Below, piece after piece: positions 1-9,922 of a stretch of DNA of 64,000 nucleotides. The position numbers and the translations under genes are program-made. The stretch comes from Polyangiales bacterium (GTDB lineage Bacteria > Myxococcota_A > Polyangia > Polyangiales > Houyiibacteriaceae), in NCBI GenBank assembly GCA_045106895.1, contig JBGCFM010000012.1, positions 1-64,000 of the forward strand. Direction: 5' to 3'. The notes beneath the pieces are model-generated. The model had not been told where the DNA came from and did no database searches. It saw only the letters and a list, made by a program, of their open reading frames with translations. Each line of letters begins with the position of its first letter. Positions within the stretch are counted from its first letter, which is position 1.

Positions 1-1
1 C

Positions 2-421
2 GGGGTCCAAACGAAACATCACGGTCTTCGTTCGCGCGTTGTACTCGAAGCGAAGCGAGTACTCCGCACTCACGGGCCCAACTTCGTGAGTGAAACGGAT
101 CAAACGTTCGGAGTCTCCGTCGCGCGACACCTGGGTCGCCGAATGAACCTGCGGCAACATGTGGCGGTACTGACTCGAGTCATCGGTGATCGACGCCCAT
201 GCGTCACGCACGCTCATGTCGACGACGATATAGCTGGTTCCACCAAAAAGCCGGAGGGGGCCGCGACGTTCTGTTGTTGAGCGCACTACGATACGACCAC
301 GTTCAAGGCGGGCCTCTTCGCTGCTCGTCAGCGGCCTGCGCATATTGCCCTGTGCACTCGCTTCCGCTGCACCGAAGTGAGCAGCGCCAAAGAAGAGCAA
401 TGTGGCGATAAACAAACGCAT
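2..421 (-). CDS. Partial (runs off window start) secreted protein, possibly SRPBCC/START-like (polyketide cyclase) fold
   Basis: Not in ORF track. Manual translation from ATG 421 gives MRLFIATLLFFGAAHFGAAEASAQ...GGTSYIVVDMSVRDAWASITDDSSQYRHMLPQVHSATQV..., a signal peptide followed by an SRPBCC-like 'vw..itD...y...lP.v' pattern. Confidence 0.6.
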   Translation of the reverse strand, partial: MRLFIATLLFFGAAHFGAAEASAQGNMRRPLTSSEEARLERGRIVVRSTTERRGPLRLFGGTSYIVVDMSVRDAWASITDDSSQYRHMLPQVHSATQVSRDGDSERLIRFTHEVGPVSAEYSLRFEYNARTKTVMFRLDP

Positions 422-523
422 CACGCCTTGGACGTCGGCGCGGCGTATTGCTTCAGTCATCGAGGGGAATCGTGGCACACCCCGACGATGTCAGCTCCGG
501 CGACTCGGCGCCAGACCGCGTTC

Positions 524-1675
524 CTAGTCTTTCCAGCAGTTCGGACAGGCGTTCTTCTTGCCGTCATAGAGTGAGCCGCAGGACGGACACTTTCGCCTGA
601 AACGCATAGTGGGATCCCGCTCTTCACCGGGCCGCGCCTCACTCGGAATCTGTTTCATGAGCATCTGAACGGCCTCGAGACCCTTCTTGTTGCCGCTTCC
701 CTCTGGGAGGACCTTAATCTCGACCTCCGGCAAGGGGATCTCCGTTGTCGGCGGCTCATCCTCATCGAGGTCTTGGGGAAGCGTCGTCCCCTGGACGACG
801 ACGCTCTTCTCTACGTCTGGATCATCGACGATCAGAATCTCGGGGTCCGAGACCTCTGTGATCTTCATCGGGCGAGCCCGCAGCGGAGGAGTCGGCCAAT
901 CCACGTCACCGATGGCATGGGTGTCGAAAACGATGACCGCCGTGTTGTCACGCGCGTTCGGCGCGTCGGCGATGTCCAAGAGAAGCTTGACGAGGGCGGG
1001 CGGGCGCACCGACTGGCGCAAAGCGTCGGCGATCTGTTCCTCATCAAGCTCGTCGGTGAGGCCGTCGCTGCAAAGAAGGTAGCGGTCGCCGGGAACCAGC
1101 GCATGCGATTGGATGCTGACGCGCACGCGCGCTGACATCCCGAGGGCGCGTGTGATGACACGAACTGGAAGCGCACGCGCTCGCTCTTCGCTGATCTCTG
1201 GCGTCAACTCAAGGACGTCATTGGCCAAGGAGTGGTCTTGAGTAAGCAACTCAACGTGACCGCCGCGAAGGCGATAACAGCGCGAGTCACCGACGTGCGC
1301 TAAGTGCATGATTCCGACGTCATTCTCAACGAGGGCTGCGACGACGGTGGTTCCCATGCCCTGAAAGCGATCCGAGCTTCGCGCGAGGTGGACGATCTGC
1401 GCGTTCGCCGACTGCACCGCCGCCGCGAGGCGTCGAGCGCCAAGCGGTAATCCAAGAACATCAAAGCCGCGTGTCGTCGGCATCTGTTCGATTTCATGAG
1501 CGATGGTGGAGGTCGCGAGGGAGCTCGCCACATTGCCCGCGCTCTCTCCGCCGGCGCCGTCGGCGAGGACGAACAGCCCAAGCTCTCTGCGTAGCAAGAT
1601 CGCGTCTTCGTTGTGGTCCCGTCGACCGATGTGTGTATCACCCGCCGTGACGACGCGGAGCAGAGGGTCTGTCAT
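524..1675 (-). CDS. PP2C/PPM-family Ser/Thr protein phosphatase with acidic linker and C-terminal zinc ribbon
   Basis: GRRDHNED, LADGAGG, MGTT, HVGDSR, TQDHS, LCSDGL and DNTAV motifs; C-terminal CPSCG...CPNC. Confidence 0.93.
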   Translation of the reverse strand: MTDPLLRVVTAGDTHIGRRDHNEDAILLRRELGLFVLADGAGGESAGNVASSLATSTIAHEIEQMPTTRGFDVLGLPLGARRLAAAVQSANAQIVHLARSSDRFQGMGTTVVAALVENDVGIMHLAHVGDSRCYRLRGGHVELLTQDHSLANDVLELTPEISEERARALPVRVITRALGMSARVRVSIQSHALVPGDRYLLCSDGLTDELDEEQIADALRQSVRPPALVKLLLDIADAPNARDNTAVIVFDTHAIGDVDWPTPPLRARPMKITEVSDPEILIVDDPDVEKSVVVQGTTLPQDLDEDEPPTTEIPLPEVEIKVLPEGSGNKKGLEAVQMLMKQIPSEARPGEERDPTMRFRRKCPSCGSLYDGKKNACPNCWKD

Positions 1676-2002
1676 GCGCCTCTATCATACTGCGAATCGA
1701 AGCTCGCCTGGTCCGCTTTCTTCGCCTCAGCCCTGAAGAAATCCGGCGCACATCCGTTTGATTTAGCACATGGCACAGCAAGAGAATCACCGCGGAAGCC
1801 CCACGATACGCTGCTACAGCGCTGCCGCCGCCTCTCACCGATGTAGGGAACGCACCTGGCCTGTCACACCCGACGCCATCGCGGAGGCCTTTCGACGATG
1901 GGAGGACACGAGCGAAGATCAGGGCCCTCGCAGAGCCGCGCTCGATCCTGAACGCCCCACAGACTGCCAAGTTAGCCGCTCTGGAAGCTGAGCTGTGGGC
2001 AA

Positions 2003-3307
2003 CTAGCCGCGGCGAGGCGGGGCCGCTTCGCGAAGCATGAACGCGGCGACGCTTGCGATGACGGGCATCGCCAAGGAGACCCATAGCGCCGGCGAGTAGT
2101 CTCCAAACTCTCGCTCGGAGCTCGCAAAGAGACTTGGACCAATCGCGCTTCCGACCACCACGAACATCATCTCCGCGCCCGCGATGGAACCCAAGTGGAG
2201 CCGGCCGAAGAAACGCGGAAAAGCCACCGTCGCGATCGGACCAAAGAGCCCTCCGCTCACGCCGAGGCCAAGGATCAGACCCGGGTCATTCTCCTGCAGA
2301 GTGACCGCTGAGAAGATGCCGAGCGCCTGGGCACACATCATGACCAAGACCAACGTCCGAACGCGAAGTCTGTCCGCCAGGTAGCCTCCGATGAGGCCAG
2401 TCGCCGTCGAGATGATCGCGATGGGAAAGAACACGGCGACGGCTTCCTGCCGGGTGAGCCCTGCCTTCGCGCCGAGGTCGACGATGTGGAACGTGAAGCC
2501 CGTAATGATCAGGGCCTGGAAGGTCAACGCGAGCGTCGGGACCCAAAACCCCAGCGTCTTCATCGCCTCGGCGCGCGTCTTGTTTTCTTCGACCGGCTCG
2601 GGCGCGTCGGAGTCTTTCGGCGCCTCGCGTCCGTCCATGCGCAACCCGCAGGACTCCGGGTCATCCCGAAAGAAGAGAAAAACGATGGTGCCCATGCCAA
2701 GCCCCACGATGAGCGCCATCTGCTGCCACGCCGTACGCCAGGAACCGGCTTCAACCCAAGTGTTCAAGAGCTGCGGTGCGATGCCAAAGCTGTATCCCGC
2801 GAACAGGCCACTCACTCCGGCGGCGATGCCGCGACGTCGTTCGAACCAGCGACCGAGCATGGTCCGGCTCGTCATCGTGAGCATGCCTTGCCCACAAAAG
2901 CGTAAGCAAAAGAACAGGCCAGCCAGAAGCACAAAGAAGACGACCCAGCTCGCGCCCTCGCCGGCAAGATGGTCGACGTTCGAGAGCGCGACGAGGGTGA
3001 TGGCGAGCCCGACGCAGGCACCGATCGCCGTGCGGCGCGCGCCGAGTCGGTCGAGGAGCGTACCGCCCCACGGGAGTAGAAGGCCGCTGGCGACGGTGCC
3101 ACCGAGATACGCATTCGCCACGCTCAGGCGTGAGAGGCCCGTCGCTTCGATGAGGGAGTCGTTGAAGACGCTGACGCCCACCGTCTGTCCCGGAATGCTC
3201 GCGATGACGCCCAGCGTCGCCACGCCAAGAATCCACCAGCCGTAGAAGAACGGAAAGCGACTCGGATCGAACGGGAACTTGGGGCGACGTGGCACGCGCT
3301 GGCCCAT
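2003..3307 (-). CDS. MFS transporter
   Basis: About 12 hydrophobic segments, motif A GTLLDRLGARR and GYLADRLRVR, FFYGWWI N-terminus; start uncertain (3307 or 3376). Confidence 0.9.
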   Translation of the reverse strand: MGQRVPRRPKFPFDPSRFPFFYGWWILGVATLGVIASIPGQTVGVSVFNDSLIEATGLSRLSVANAYLGGTVASGLLLPWGGTLLDRLGARRTAIGACVGLAITLVALSNVDHLAGEGASWVVFFVLLAGLFFCLRFCGQGMLTMTSRTMLGRWFERRRGIAAGVSGLFAGYSFGIAPQLLNTWVEAGSWRTAWQQMALIVGLGMGTIVFLFFRDDPESCGLRMDGREAPKDSDAPEPVEENKTRAEAMKTLGFWVPTLALTFQALIITGFTFHIVDLGAKAGLTRQEAVAVFFPIAIISTATGLIGGYLADRLRVRTLVLVMMCAQALGIFSAVTLQENDPGLILGLGVSGGLFGPIATVAFPRFFGRLHLGSIAGAEMMFVVVGSAIGPSLFASSEREFGDYSPALWVSLAMPVIASVAAFMLREAAPPRRG

Positions 3308-3414
3308 GTGCCCGACCGGGCAGCCTTGTGCAACTCGAGGCGCACGCCAGCTCAAGAACAAGTGAACTTTGGCCAAGACATGAGCCCCGAAGGTCTCTAG
3401 GGTGACAGGGGCGG

Positions 3415-4734
3415 ATGACGACCAAACGAAAAGCCGGGCTGTGGCCCCTCATCACGCTTGTGCTCTTCGTGGCGGGACTCTTCGCAGGCTACTACGCGTA
3501 CAAATTTCGCATCTCCGGCCGCTACGCCGAGTTCGAGGAGCTGGCGGCGAATATCGTCGGTGAACAACAGTCCGACGGTCCATCCTGGCCGCCGCAGCAA
3601 GAGCGCACGCCGGCGGACGCTGGACCCGCGGATGCTGGACCCATCGATATGGGTCCTCTTCTTCCAGAACTCCCCCCGCCGCAAGACAACTTCAAAGCAC
3701 GCGACGGCCAATGGGAGGACCTCGTCTACATCGAGGCCGTTCTTGGCGGCGCGGACTTCGACGACAGCCTCCCGACCATCGTCGTGCTTCACGGACGCGG
3801 TGGCCGTGCACATGTTCCGGGCGGCCCATTCATGAACCTCGCTCATCCGGTCCGTATCATCGTGCCTCAAGCCGCCGACCCGCTCGGTCGTGGCTTTGAG
3901 TGGCTGCCGGTGTACGTCGGGCAGGGCCTTGTCGATCGCCTCTCATCGACACTCTTCGGCAGCGCAAGTCACGTCGCCAACATGATCCGCTCGTTGAGTG
4001 AAGAGATACCGATGCAGGGACGCGCTGTCGTCGCGGGGTTCTCCCAAGGAGGCATCATGACCATCACCCTCGCACTGCATCATGATGACGTGGTGGGCGA
4101 GGCGTTGCCGATGGCCTGCTGGCTGCCTCCACCGCTGGAGCCGACGTACACACGATGGGATCTCGACTACCCGCGAATCCGTTCGCTTCATGGCGGCGCG
4201 GACACGACCATTCCCATCGAGCCGACGGAAGAACTCTTCGGGCGTTTGGCCGAGAAAGGCTTCGACGTACACCTCGAGCGTTTCGAAGGCATCGGCCACG
4301 AGATGAGCGGTGACATGGACGCGCTCTTCCATGAGTGGGTAGACGCTGCCGTATGCCGCACGGTCCTGGACGACGAGTGTGCAGCAGCGGCGGAGCTACG
4401 AGCGGCGATACTCCTTGGACATGTAGAAGAACCTGTCGCGCCGATGGACGGGGGCGTGCTGGATGGCGATGTTCTGGACGGCGATGTGCCGGACGGCGAT
4501 GTGCTGGGCGGCGATGTGCTGGACGGCGATGTGCTGGACGGCGATGTGCCGGACGGCGAAATGCCGGACGGCGAAGTGCCGGACGCAGCACGTGACGCCG
4601 CCCTCGACGCTGAGCCCGAGCTCTCCGAAGCGCTCCTGCGTGGACCTCGCTTAGTGCCGAGTCTCCAGCTGGACCTGGAGCTAGATGAACCTAGCTTTCA
4701 GCTCCAGGAGCCTGGCGACGACGACGCACCTTAG
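3415..4734 (+). CDS. Membrane-anchored phospholipase/carboxylesterase (alpha/beta hydrolase) with acidic repeat tail
   Basis: N-terminal TM; LHGRG, GFSQGG nucleophile, HGGADTTIP, GIGHE; DGDV(L/P) repeats near C-terminus. Confidence 0.85.
   Translation: MTTKRKAGLWPLITLVLFVAGLFAGYYAYKFRISGRYAEFEELAANIVGEQQSDGPSWPPQQERTPADAGPADAGPIDMGPLLPELPPPQDNFKARDGQWEDLVYIEAVLGGADFDDSLPTIVVLHGRGGRAHVPGGPFMNLAHPVRIIVPQAADPLGRGFEWLPVYVGQGLVDRLSSTLFGSASHVANMIRSLSEEIPMQGRAVVAGFSQGGIMTITLALHHDDVVGEALPMACWLPPPLEPTYTRWDLDYPRIRSLHGGADTTIPIEPTEELFGRLAEKGFDVHLERFEGIGHEMSGDMDALFHEWVDAAVCRTVLDDECAAAAELRAAILLGHVEEPVAPMDGGVLDGDVLDGDVPDGDVLGGDVLDGDVLDGDVPDGEMPDGEVPDAARDAALDAEPELSEALLRGPRLVPSLQLDLELDEPSFQLQEPGDDDAP
4447..4581 (+). 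repeat. In-frame 15-nt tandem repeat x9 encoding DG(D/E)V(L/P)
   Basis: GACGGCGATGTGC(T/C)G units read directly. Confidence 0.95.
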
Positions 4735-4793
4735 AGGCGACGCGCGTTTTCGGGCTAATGATCTTCGAGCTCACGCGTAACGTACCTAAGACG

Positions 4794-5516
4794 ATGCCCA
4801 AACGAACTCTCCTCCTCGCTCTCCTCGGACTGCCTGCCTTCGCGTGTTCGGGTTCATCCAGCCCGGCCGCTTCGAGTACATCTTCGAGCACCTCTTCAAG
4901 TACATCGACGCCGAACAGCGAGGACGAGACCCCGCCTCCTTCGGCGCCGCCTGCCCACGACGACCCGTCGACGGTCTTCGACGGGACTGGACAAAACGTC
5001 GCGTATTTCGCCGGCGGTTGTTTCTGGTGCATGGAGCGCCCCTTCGAGCAGCTTGATGGCGTGAGCGAAGTCGTCAGCGGGTACATCGACGGCGACGTGG
5101 CAAACCCAAGCTATCGCCAGGTGTCGTCGGGATCGACTGGGCACACGGAAGCGATTCGTGTGGTCTACGACCCTGCTCAGATCACCTACGAGGCGCTCCT
5201 GGAAGTCTTCTGGCACAACATCGATCCCACAGATGAAGGCGGTCAGTTCTGCGACCGCGGCACCCAATACCGTACCGGTGTCTACGTCAGCACGCCGGAA
5301 GAGCGAGCTGCGGCAGAGTCCTCACGGGACCGGGCCCAGGCGCAGCTTGGCGAATCCATCGTCACCGAGATCGACGACGCCTCGACCTTCTACGACGCCG
5401 AGGCCTATCACCAGGACTTCTATCGAACCCACCCGGTTCGATACACGAGCTACCGCAGCGGATGTGGACGCGACCGGCGTCTTCAGCAGTTGTGGGGAGA
5501 CGCTGCAGCGCACTGA
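4794..5516 (+). CDS. msrA: Peptide methionine sulfoxide reductase A, lipoprotein form
   Basis: FAGGCFWCME, GHTEA, GQFCDRGTQYR, AEAYHQDF; lipobox PAFAC plus Ser-rich linker. Confidence 0.95.
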   Translation: MPKRTLLLALLGLPAFACSGSSSPAASSTSSSTSSSTSTPNSEDETPPPSAPPAHDDPSTVFDGTGQNVAYFAGGCFWCMERPFEQLDGVSEVVSGYIDGDVANPSYRQVSSGSTGHTEAIRVVYDPAQITYEALLEVFWHNIDPTDEGGQFCDRGTQYRTGVYVSTPEERAAAESSRDRAQAQLGESIVTEIDDASTFYDAEAYHQDFYRTHPVRYTSYRSGCGRDRRLQQLWGDAAAH

Positions 5517-5520
5517 GCTT

Positions 5521-5560
5521 AAAAAGAAAAACGCCACACACCGAAGTGCGTGGCGTTCTC
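5521..5560 (-). terminator. Rho-independent terminator of RRM gene (possibly bidirectional)
   Basis: Minus strand AACGCCACGCAC-TTCG-GTGTGTGGCGTT followed by TTTCTTTTT; C(UUCG)G tetraloop. Confidence 0.85.
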
Positions 5561-5580
5561 CGATTTGACTGCGCAGAGTT

Positions 5581-6048
5581 TTAGCGCTCGGTGGCAATGT
5601 TCACGACGATGTTGCGACCTTCGAGGTCAGCGTCGTGCATCTGTTCGATAGCCTTGGTGGCATCTCGACGGCTCGCCATGGTCACAAAACCAAACCCGCG
5701 GGAGTCACCGGTGTCGCGATGGGTGATCACGATGGCGTCACTCACCGGACCAAACGCTTCGAACGCAGCGCGCAGAGTTTCGGTGGTCGTTCGACGGCTC
5801 AGACTTCCGACGAACAGTTTGCACGGAATTGTTCCGGCGCTGCGATCTGCAGACTTGCGCTTCTCGAGGTTGGCCATGGCCTGCTCGATGGACGGCAAGT
5901 CGCCGGTGATCTCCTCGGCGCTGACGTACTCCGGCTCGCTTCCGCCGCGTGCACGGTTGTCGGCACGACGACGCGCCTTCTCCTTCTTCTTGCGCGCCTT
6001 CTCGTTTTCACGTTGGCGCTTGCCAAGTCCGTAATCGCCGCGGCTCAT
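5581..6048 (-). CDS. RRM RNA-binding protein with basic N-terminal extension
   Basis: RNP2 LFVGSL, RNP1 RGFGFVTM; N-terminal KRQRENEKARKKKEKARRR. Confidence 0.92.
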   Translation of the reverse strand: MSRGDYGLGKRQRENEKARKKKEKARRRADNRARGGSEPEYVSAEEITGDLPSIEQAMANLEKRKSADRSAGTIPCKLFVGSLSRRTTTETLRAAFEAFGPVSDAIVITHRDTGDSRGFGFVTMASRRDATKAIEQMHDADLEGRNIVVNIATER

Positions 6049-6134
6049 TGGCCACCACACAATCGGGTCGAAAAAGGGACGCAGGAAATAGTCTGTTCAG
6101 TAATGATGTTTGCCTCGATTCAAAAGAGTGATGC

Positions 6135-6165
6135 TGAAATGTACAACAACCTGCGTGACGATCAA
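6135..6165 (-). promoter_or_regulatory. Putative sigma70-type promoter of RRM gene (TTGATC-16-TACATT)
   Basis: Minus strand TGTACATTTCA; the same 11-mer lies upstream of the second RRM gene. Confidence 0.45.
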
Positions 6166-6252
6166 ATGGGGACTTCACACGAGGATCAAGGCGAGTGGTC
6201 CTGAGGCATTCGAAGCGGATGACATGAGGCGCTTCGGCGGCCACACTGAGCC

Positions 6253-8151
6253 ATGTCTTTGCGCGCGCTTTCGCTCCTGCTGATCGTCCTCGGATGTGGT
6301 GATGTCGATCCACTTCCTATCGTTGACCCGCCCGTCGACACGACCGTTCGGGCACAAATGGAGCTGGGAAATGGCGGATTCTTTGATGATCCATGGCCAA
6401 GCGACCTTCGGCTAACAAGCGATGGGGCCCCCGAAGTGAGTGGATTTCCCAACAACGCACGACTCCCGCTCCTTGAGACGATCAAAGACTCTGTGGAGTC
6501 ATCCGTGCTGGGCTTTGCCGTCTCAGCCCCTGTCTACTTTCGTTTTTCGGGGGCCATTGACCCCAGTTCACTTCCCGAAACACTTCAGGAATCCATAGAT
6601 GAGGACGCAAGCGCGTTCCTCATCGATGTCGATCCGGCCAGCCCAACGTACCTCCAGCGACATCCGAGTCGCACCGAATACGTCGACGAAGAGACAGTGT
6701 TCTGGCCAGGCCACGCACTGGCTCTTCGACCGGAACATGGGGTTCCTCTTCGCGCGAACACGACCTATGCCGCTGTATTGACGTCGGCGCTTCAAGACAC
6801 GGAAGGCCGAAACACGGAGCCGTCGCCGAACCTGAGAACCGTTCTTGGAATCGCGGAGTCTCCCATTCCGGGCGCGATGCCCGCGGCGGCTGCGTACGCT
6901 CCCGCGGTGGCGGCCCTCGACGAAGCAGGCATCAACCTCGAATCACTCGTCTCGCTAAGTGTGTTCACAACTCAGGATCCCGTCGGCGAGATGGTCGCGA
7001 TCCGCGACTTCATCGACGCGGCCCCCTCCCCTGCGCCGGTTCCACGAAGCGGGCGCTTCGTCCGCAACGGCGAGAACTACCAACTCCTCCACGGCGCCTA
7101 CACCGCGCCTATGTTCATGGAGGGCGACGCCCCCTTCCAAAGCGTTGGTGGCGCCATTCGTTTCGAGGAGTCCGGCGCACCGATTTTGCAGGGCGAGTTC
7201 GAACAGCGATTCGCGGTGACCATCCCGAACGGCGACATGCCGGAGTCTGGGTGGCCACTGATTCTCTACGCTCACGGCACTGGAGGTGACTTCGAGAGCT
7301 TCGTTGGCGAGACCGCCGAAAGCGCTGCGTTGGCCGGTTTTGCGATGATGGGAATCGACCAGATTCACCACGGGCCACGAAACCCAGACGAGATTTCGCC
7401 GGAACTCCTCGTCTTCAACTTCCTCAATCCCGACGCGTTTCGAAACAACACGCGTCAGGCGGCGGCGGACTTTGTCGCGTTGGCGCGCTTCGCCCGCGAC
7501 CATGAGCTAGATCCACGTGTCCTCGGGCCCGGCGTTGTCTTTGATGCATCGCAGATGTACTTCTTTGGGCACTCTCAAGGCGGACTCAACGGGCCGCTCT
7601 TCTTGGCCATCGACGACTCGATGCAGGGTGCCGTTCTTAGCGGCGCCGGGGGACAGCTCGCGATCGGTCTCGTCGACAAAACGGAGCCGCTCAGCATCCC
7701 GCTTCTTGCGCAGGCGATCCTCGGGGTGGGCGACGACGAACGCCTCATCTACGAACACCCTCTGTACGCTCTGCTCTCCACACTCACCGACGTGTCCGAC
7801 CCAACGAACTACGGACACCTCATCATCGACGACCCCTTGCCTGGCTACGCGCCCAAACACGTGCTGATGACCCAAGGGCTGACCGATGAATTCACGCCAC
7901 CAAAGTCGATGGAGGCTCTCGCCCTGGCGATGCGGATTCCAATTCTGGAGCCAGCCATGCGCGGCTTCGAAGCCAGCGAGCTCCTCGGGATCACCTCCGC
8001 CGGGTCTCGAGCCGAGGGCAACATCAATGGCGCAACGGCGGCGCTCATTCAGTTTGATGGTGGGCACTTCGTCATCTTCGACGACGCTGCGCGTAGTCGA
8101 ACTCAGAGCTTCTTTGAGACAGCCCTCGGCGGATCCCCGGTCATCGAGTAG
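6253..8151 (+). CDS. Lipoprotein alpha/beta hydrolase (secreted lipase-like) with N-terminal Ig-like region
   Basis: Lipobox VLGC; YAHGTGG, GHSQGG, GLTD, GGHF candidate triad. Confidence 0.8.
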   Translation: MSLRALSLLLIVLGCGDVDPLPIVDPPVDTTVRAQMELGNGGFFDDPWPSDLRLTSDGAPEVSGFPNNARLPLLETIKDSVESSVLGFAVSAPVYFRFSGAIDPSSLPETLQESIDEDASAFLIDVDPASPTYLQRHPSRTEYVDEETVFWPGHALALRPEHGVPLRANTTYAAVLTSALQDTEGRNTEPSPNLRTVLGIAESPIPGAMPAAAAYAPAVAALDEAGINLESLVSLSVFTTQDPVGEMVAIRDFIDAAPSPAPVPRSGRFVRNGENYQLLHGAYTAPMFMEGDAPFQSVGGAIRFEESGAPILQGEFEQRFAVTIPNGDMPESGWPLILYAHGTGGDFESFVGETAESAALAGFAMMGIDQIHHGPRNPDEISPELLVFNFLNPDAFRNNTRQAAADFVALARFARDHELDPRVLGPGVVFDASQMYFFGHSQGGLNGPLFLAIDDSMQGAVLSGAGGQLAIGLVDKTEPLSIPLLAQAILGVGDDERLIYEHPLYALLSTLTDVSDPTNYGHLIIDDPLPGYAPKHVLMTQGLTDEFTPPKSMEALALAMRIPILEPAMRGFEASELLGITSAGSRAEGNINGATAALIQFDGGHFVIFDDAARSRTQSFFETALGGSPVIE

Positions 8152-9090
8152 CTAGTCGGCGTCGATGCAGATCTGAGGGTCATCAATGGGGCAGACCTGT
8201 TCCCCTTGGCAGTCAAAATCTCCACCGCACAAATACGTGCAGCGGCCAATTCCTTCGACGCAGACAGCGTCATTAACACCTGGCAGGCCACACGTGGAAC
8301 TATCAGCACACGGCTCGGTTTCGTCGCGCAGCCCTTGGCAGGTCGTCGACGCGGGGTGACAGACCTCTGCGTCTGGCCCTTCGACGCTCTCCCAAAGATC
8401 CCTCTCGTAGACGCGAGGGACCACACAACCGGTGGAGGTCGGCGGGAAACAATAGAAGCCCGTAGGTGCTCCAGCGAACACCTCTTGGGCGCATACGCCG
8501 CCGTCTCGGCATTCGCTTGACGCGACGCAGGGTTCGCACGTGCGCGCCATGTTCGTCCGCATCTCGGTACACTCTCTGGCTCGTACGTCGCACACTCGTC
8601 CGCCGCACTCGGCCGCGTCGCCGCCGTTGCACGCCACACAAATGTTGGGCTCGTCTTCGCGTAGCTCACATGCGTCGAGGTTTACGCCAGAAACTCGAAC
8701 ACCTTCGCAGCCGCTGCGGCTGACGCACGGAACACACTGGCCCGCGGTAGGACCACTCTCCGAGCAGACAGGGGCTTCAGCTGTGGTGCACTCCGTGTTG
8801 TCCAGACACTCGGGACAGCGTCCGTTTCTACACACCCCGGCGCCGGGGCAATGCTCATCTTCCACACAAGCAACACAGGTCGCGCTGCCTTCGTCGCAGT
8901 GAGGCGTCGGCGCTGAGCACTCCGTCACGCACGCAGACGCCGCGTCAGGCTCGCTCAGGTCCGGCCCTGCGTCGAGAGTGTCCGCCGTCGTTGCATCGAG
9001 GGGTTCGCCGTCTTCATAGCAGTCCGGACAGACGAGTACGGAGCAGCCGGCAAGCATGGACACCACACCCAGAACGAAAGCGAACCTCAT
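8152..9090 (-). CDS. Cys-rich lipoprotein
   Basis: Lipobox LAGC; repeated CVxCxxDxxC and CxxDxDC modules; start overlaps upstream stop. Confidence 0.8.
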   Translation of the reverse strand: MRFAFVLGVVSMLAGCSVLVCPDCYEDGEPLDATTADTLDAGPDLSEPDAASACVTECSAPTPHCDEGSATCVACVEDEHCPGAGVCRNGRCPECLDNTECTTAEAPVCSESGPTAGQCVPCVSRSGCEGVRVSGVNLDACELREDEPNICVACNGGDAAECGGRVCDVRARECTEMRTNMARTCEPCVASSECRDGGVCAQEVFAGAPTGFYCFPPTSTGCVVPRVYERDLWESVEGPDAEVCHPASTTCQGLRDETEPCADSSTCGLPGVNDAVCVEGIGRCTYLCGGDFDCQGEQVCPIDDPQICIDAD

Positions 9091-9911
9091 TAGAAGCTCC
9101 CCACAATCTGGGCGCCTGCGTGGCCGCCCTCGCCGTCGACGCCCAAGACTGGATCGACGCGAACGCTGCTCTCCTCCTCGCTTGGCTTCAACGCGATCAG
9201 CAGAACGACCCCAACAACGGCGCCTAGGCCCGCGAGGCCAATGCCCACGTCTGTGAAACGGGCTCGACGGCGGAGCGCCGACGCATCACAGGTCGACGTC
9301 AGGGCGCATGGTTGCTCATCGAGGCGCGAGCGTTCCGACAAGGCCATGGGTCCGGCGATGGCGGCCATCAAACCTCCAGCGGCGGCCACGCCCAGCGATG
9401 CCCACGCAGCCGGATGAACTCCACCCTCGTCTTCGCGCTCTGCCTCCCTCGCATCTTCCGCGGCATCTCTCAATCCACGCAGCCTCAGCTCGAGGTCCGC
9501 GCGGTTGGGGATATTCACCACCTCGAGTAGGTAGCGCTCGAGGAAGTTCACGGCGTCGCTGTATTCCCGAAGGCGCTGGTAACAGAGCGAGTAGTTGTAG
9601 AAGAGAACCGCTCTTCGGCTCAGCGCATACGACGCACGAAACTGAATTAGCGCCTCGCGGTATGCCCCACGGTCGTAGAGGCTTCGCGCGTCATGAAAAT
9701 GGGTCAGAGCCGCGGCGTCGGCGGAATCCTCGGTGACCGGCTCCGGTTCAGCGGGCTGGCTCGGCTCGGCCACCGACGTACCTTCCTGGCCCTGAGCTCG
9801 CAGGGGGGCGCAAAGGGCGACGCAGACACAAAAAGCTCCGAGGTATCGTGAGAGCTGAGAGAAGCCAAGCACAGGAGAAGTCTGCCACTTATCGGATTTC
9901 GTGCCCAGCAA
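9090..9911 (-). CDS. TPR-containing exported protein (myxobacterial TPR/PEGA-type with C-terminal strands)
   Basis: Signal peptide; TPR helices (ARSLYDRGAYREALIQFRASY, YNYSLCYQRL, AVNFLERYL); hydrophobic segments; C-terminal GSF. Start uncertain. Confidence 0.75.
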   Translation of the reverse strand: MLGTKSDKWQTSPVLGFSQLSRYLGAFCVCVALCAPLRAQGQEGTSVAEPSQPAEPEPVTEDSADAAALTHFHDARSLYDRGAYREALIQFRASYALSRRAVLFYNYSLCYQRLREYSDAVNFLERYLLEVVNIPNRADLELRLRGLRDAAEDAREAEREDEGGVHPAAWASLGVAAAGGLMAAIAGPMALSERSRLDEQPCALTSTCDASALRRRARFTDVGIGLAGLGAVVGVVLLIALKPSEEESSVRVDPVLGVDGEGGHAGAQIVGSF

Positions 9912-9922
9912 GTGTCGAGACC

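Noticed and set aside
1770..1991. 73-aa ORF in the gap between the phosphatase and MFS genes
   Set aside because: No motif or clear RBS; may be real but cannot be supported
4447..4581. Possible CRISPR-like array
   Set aside because: Contiguous 15-nt in-frame units with no unique spacers and no cas genes
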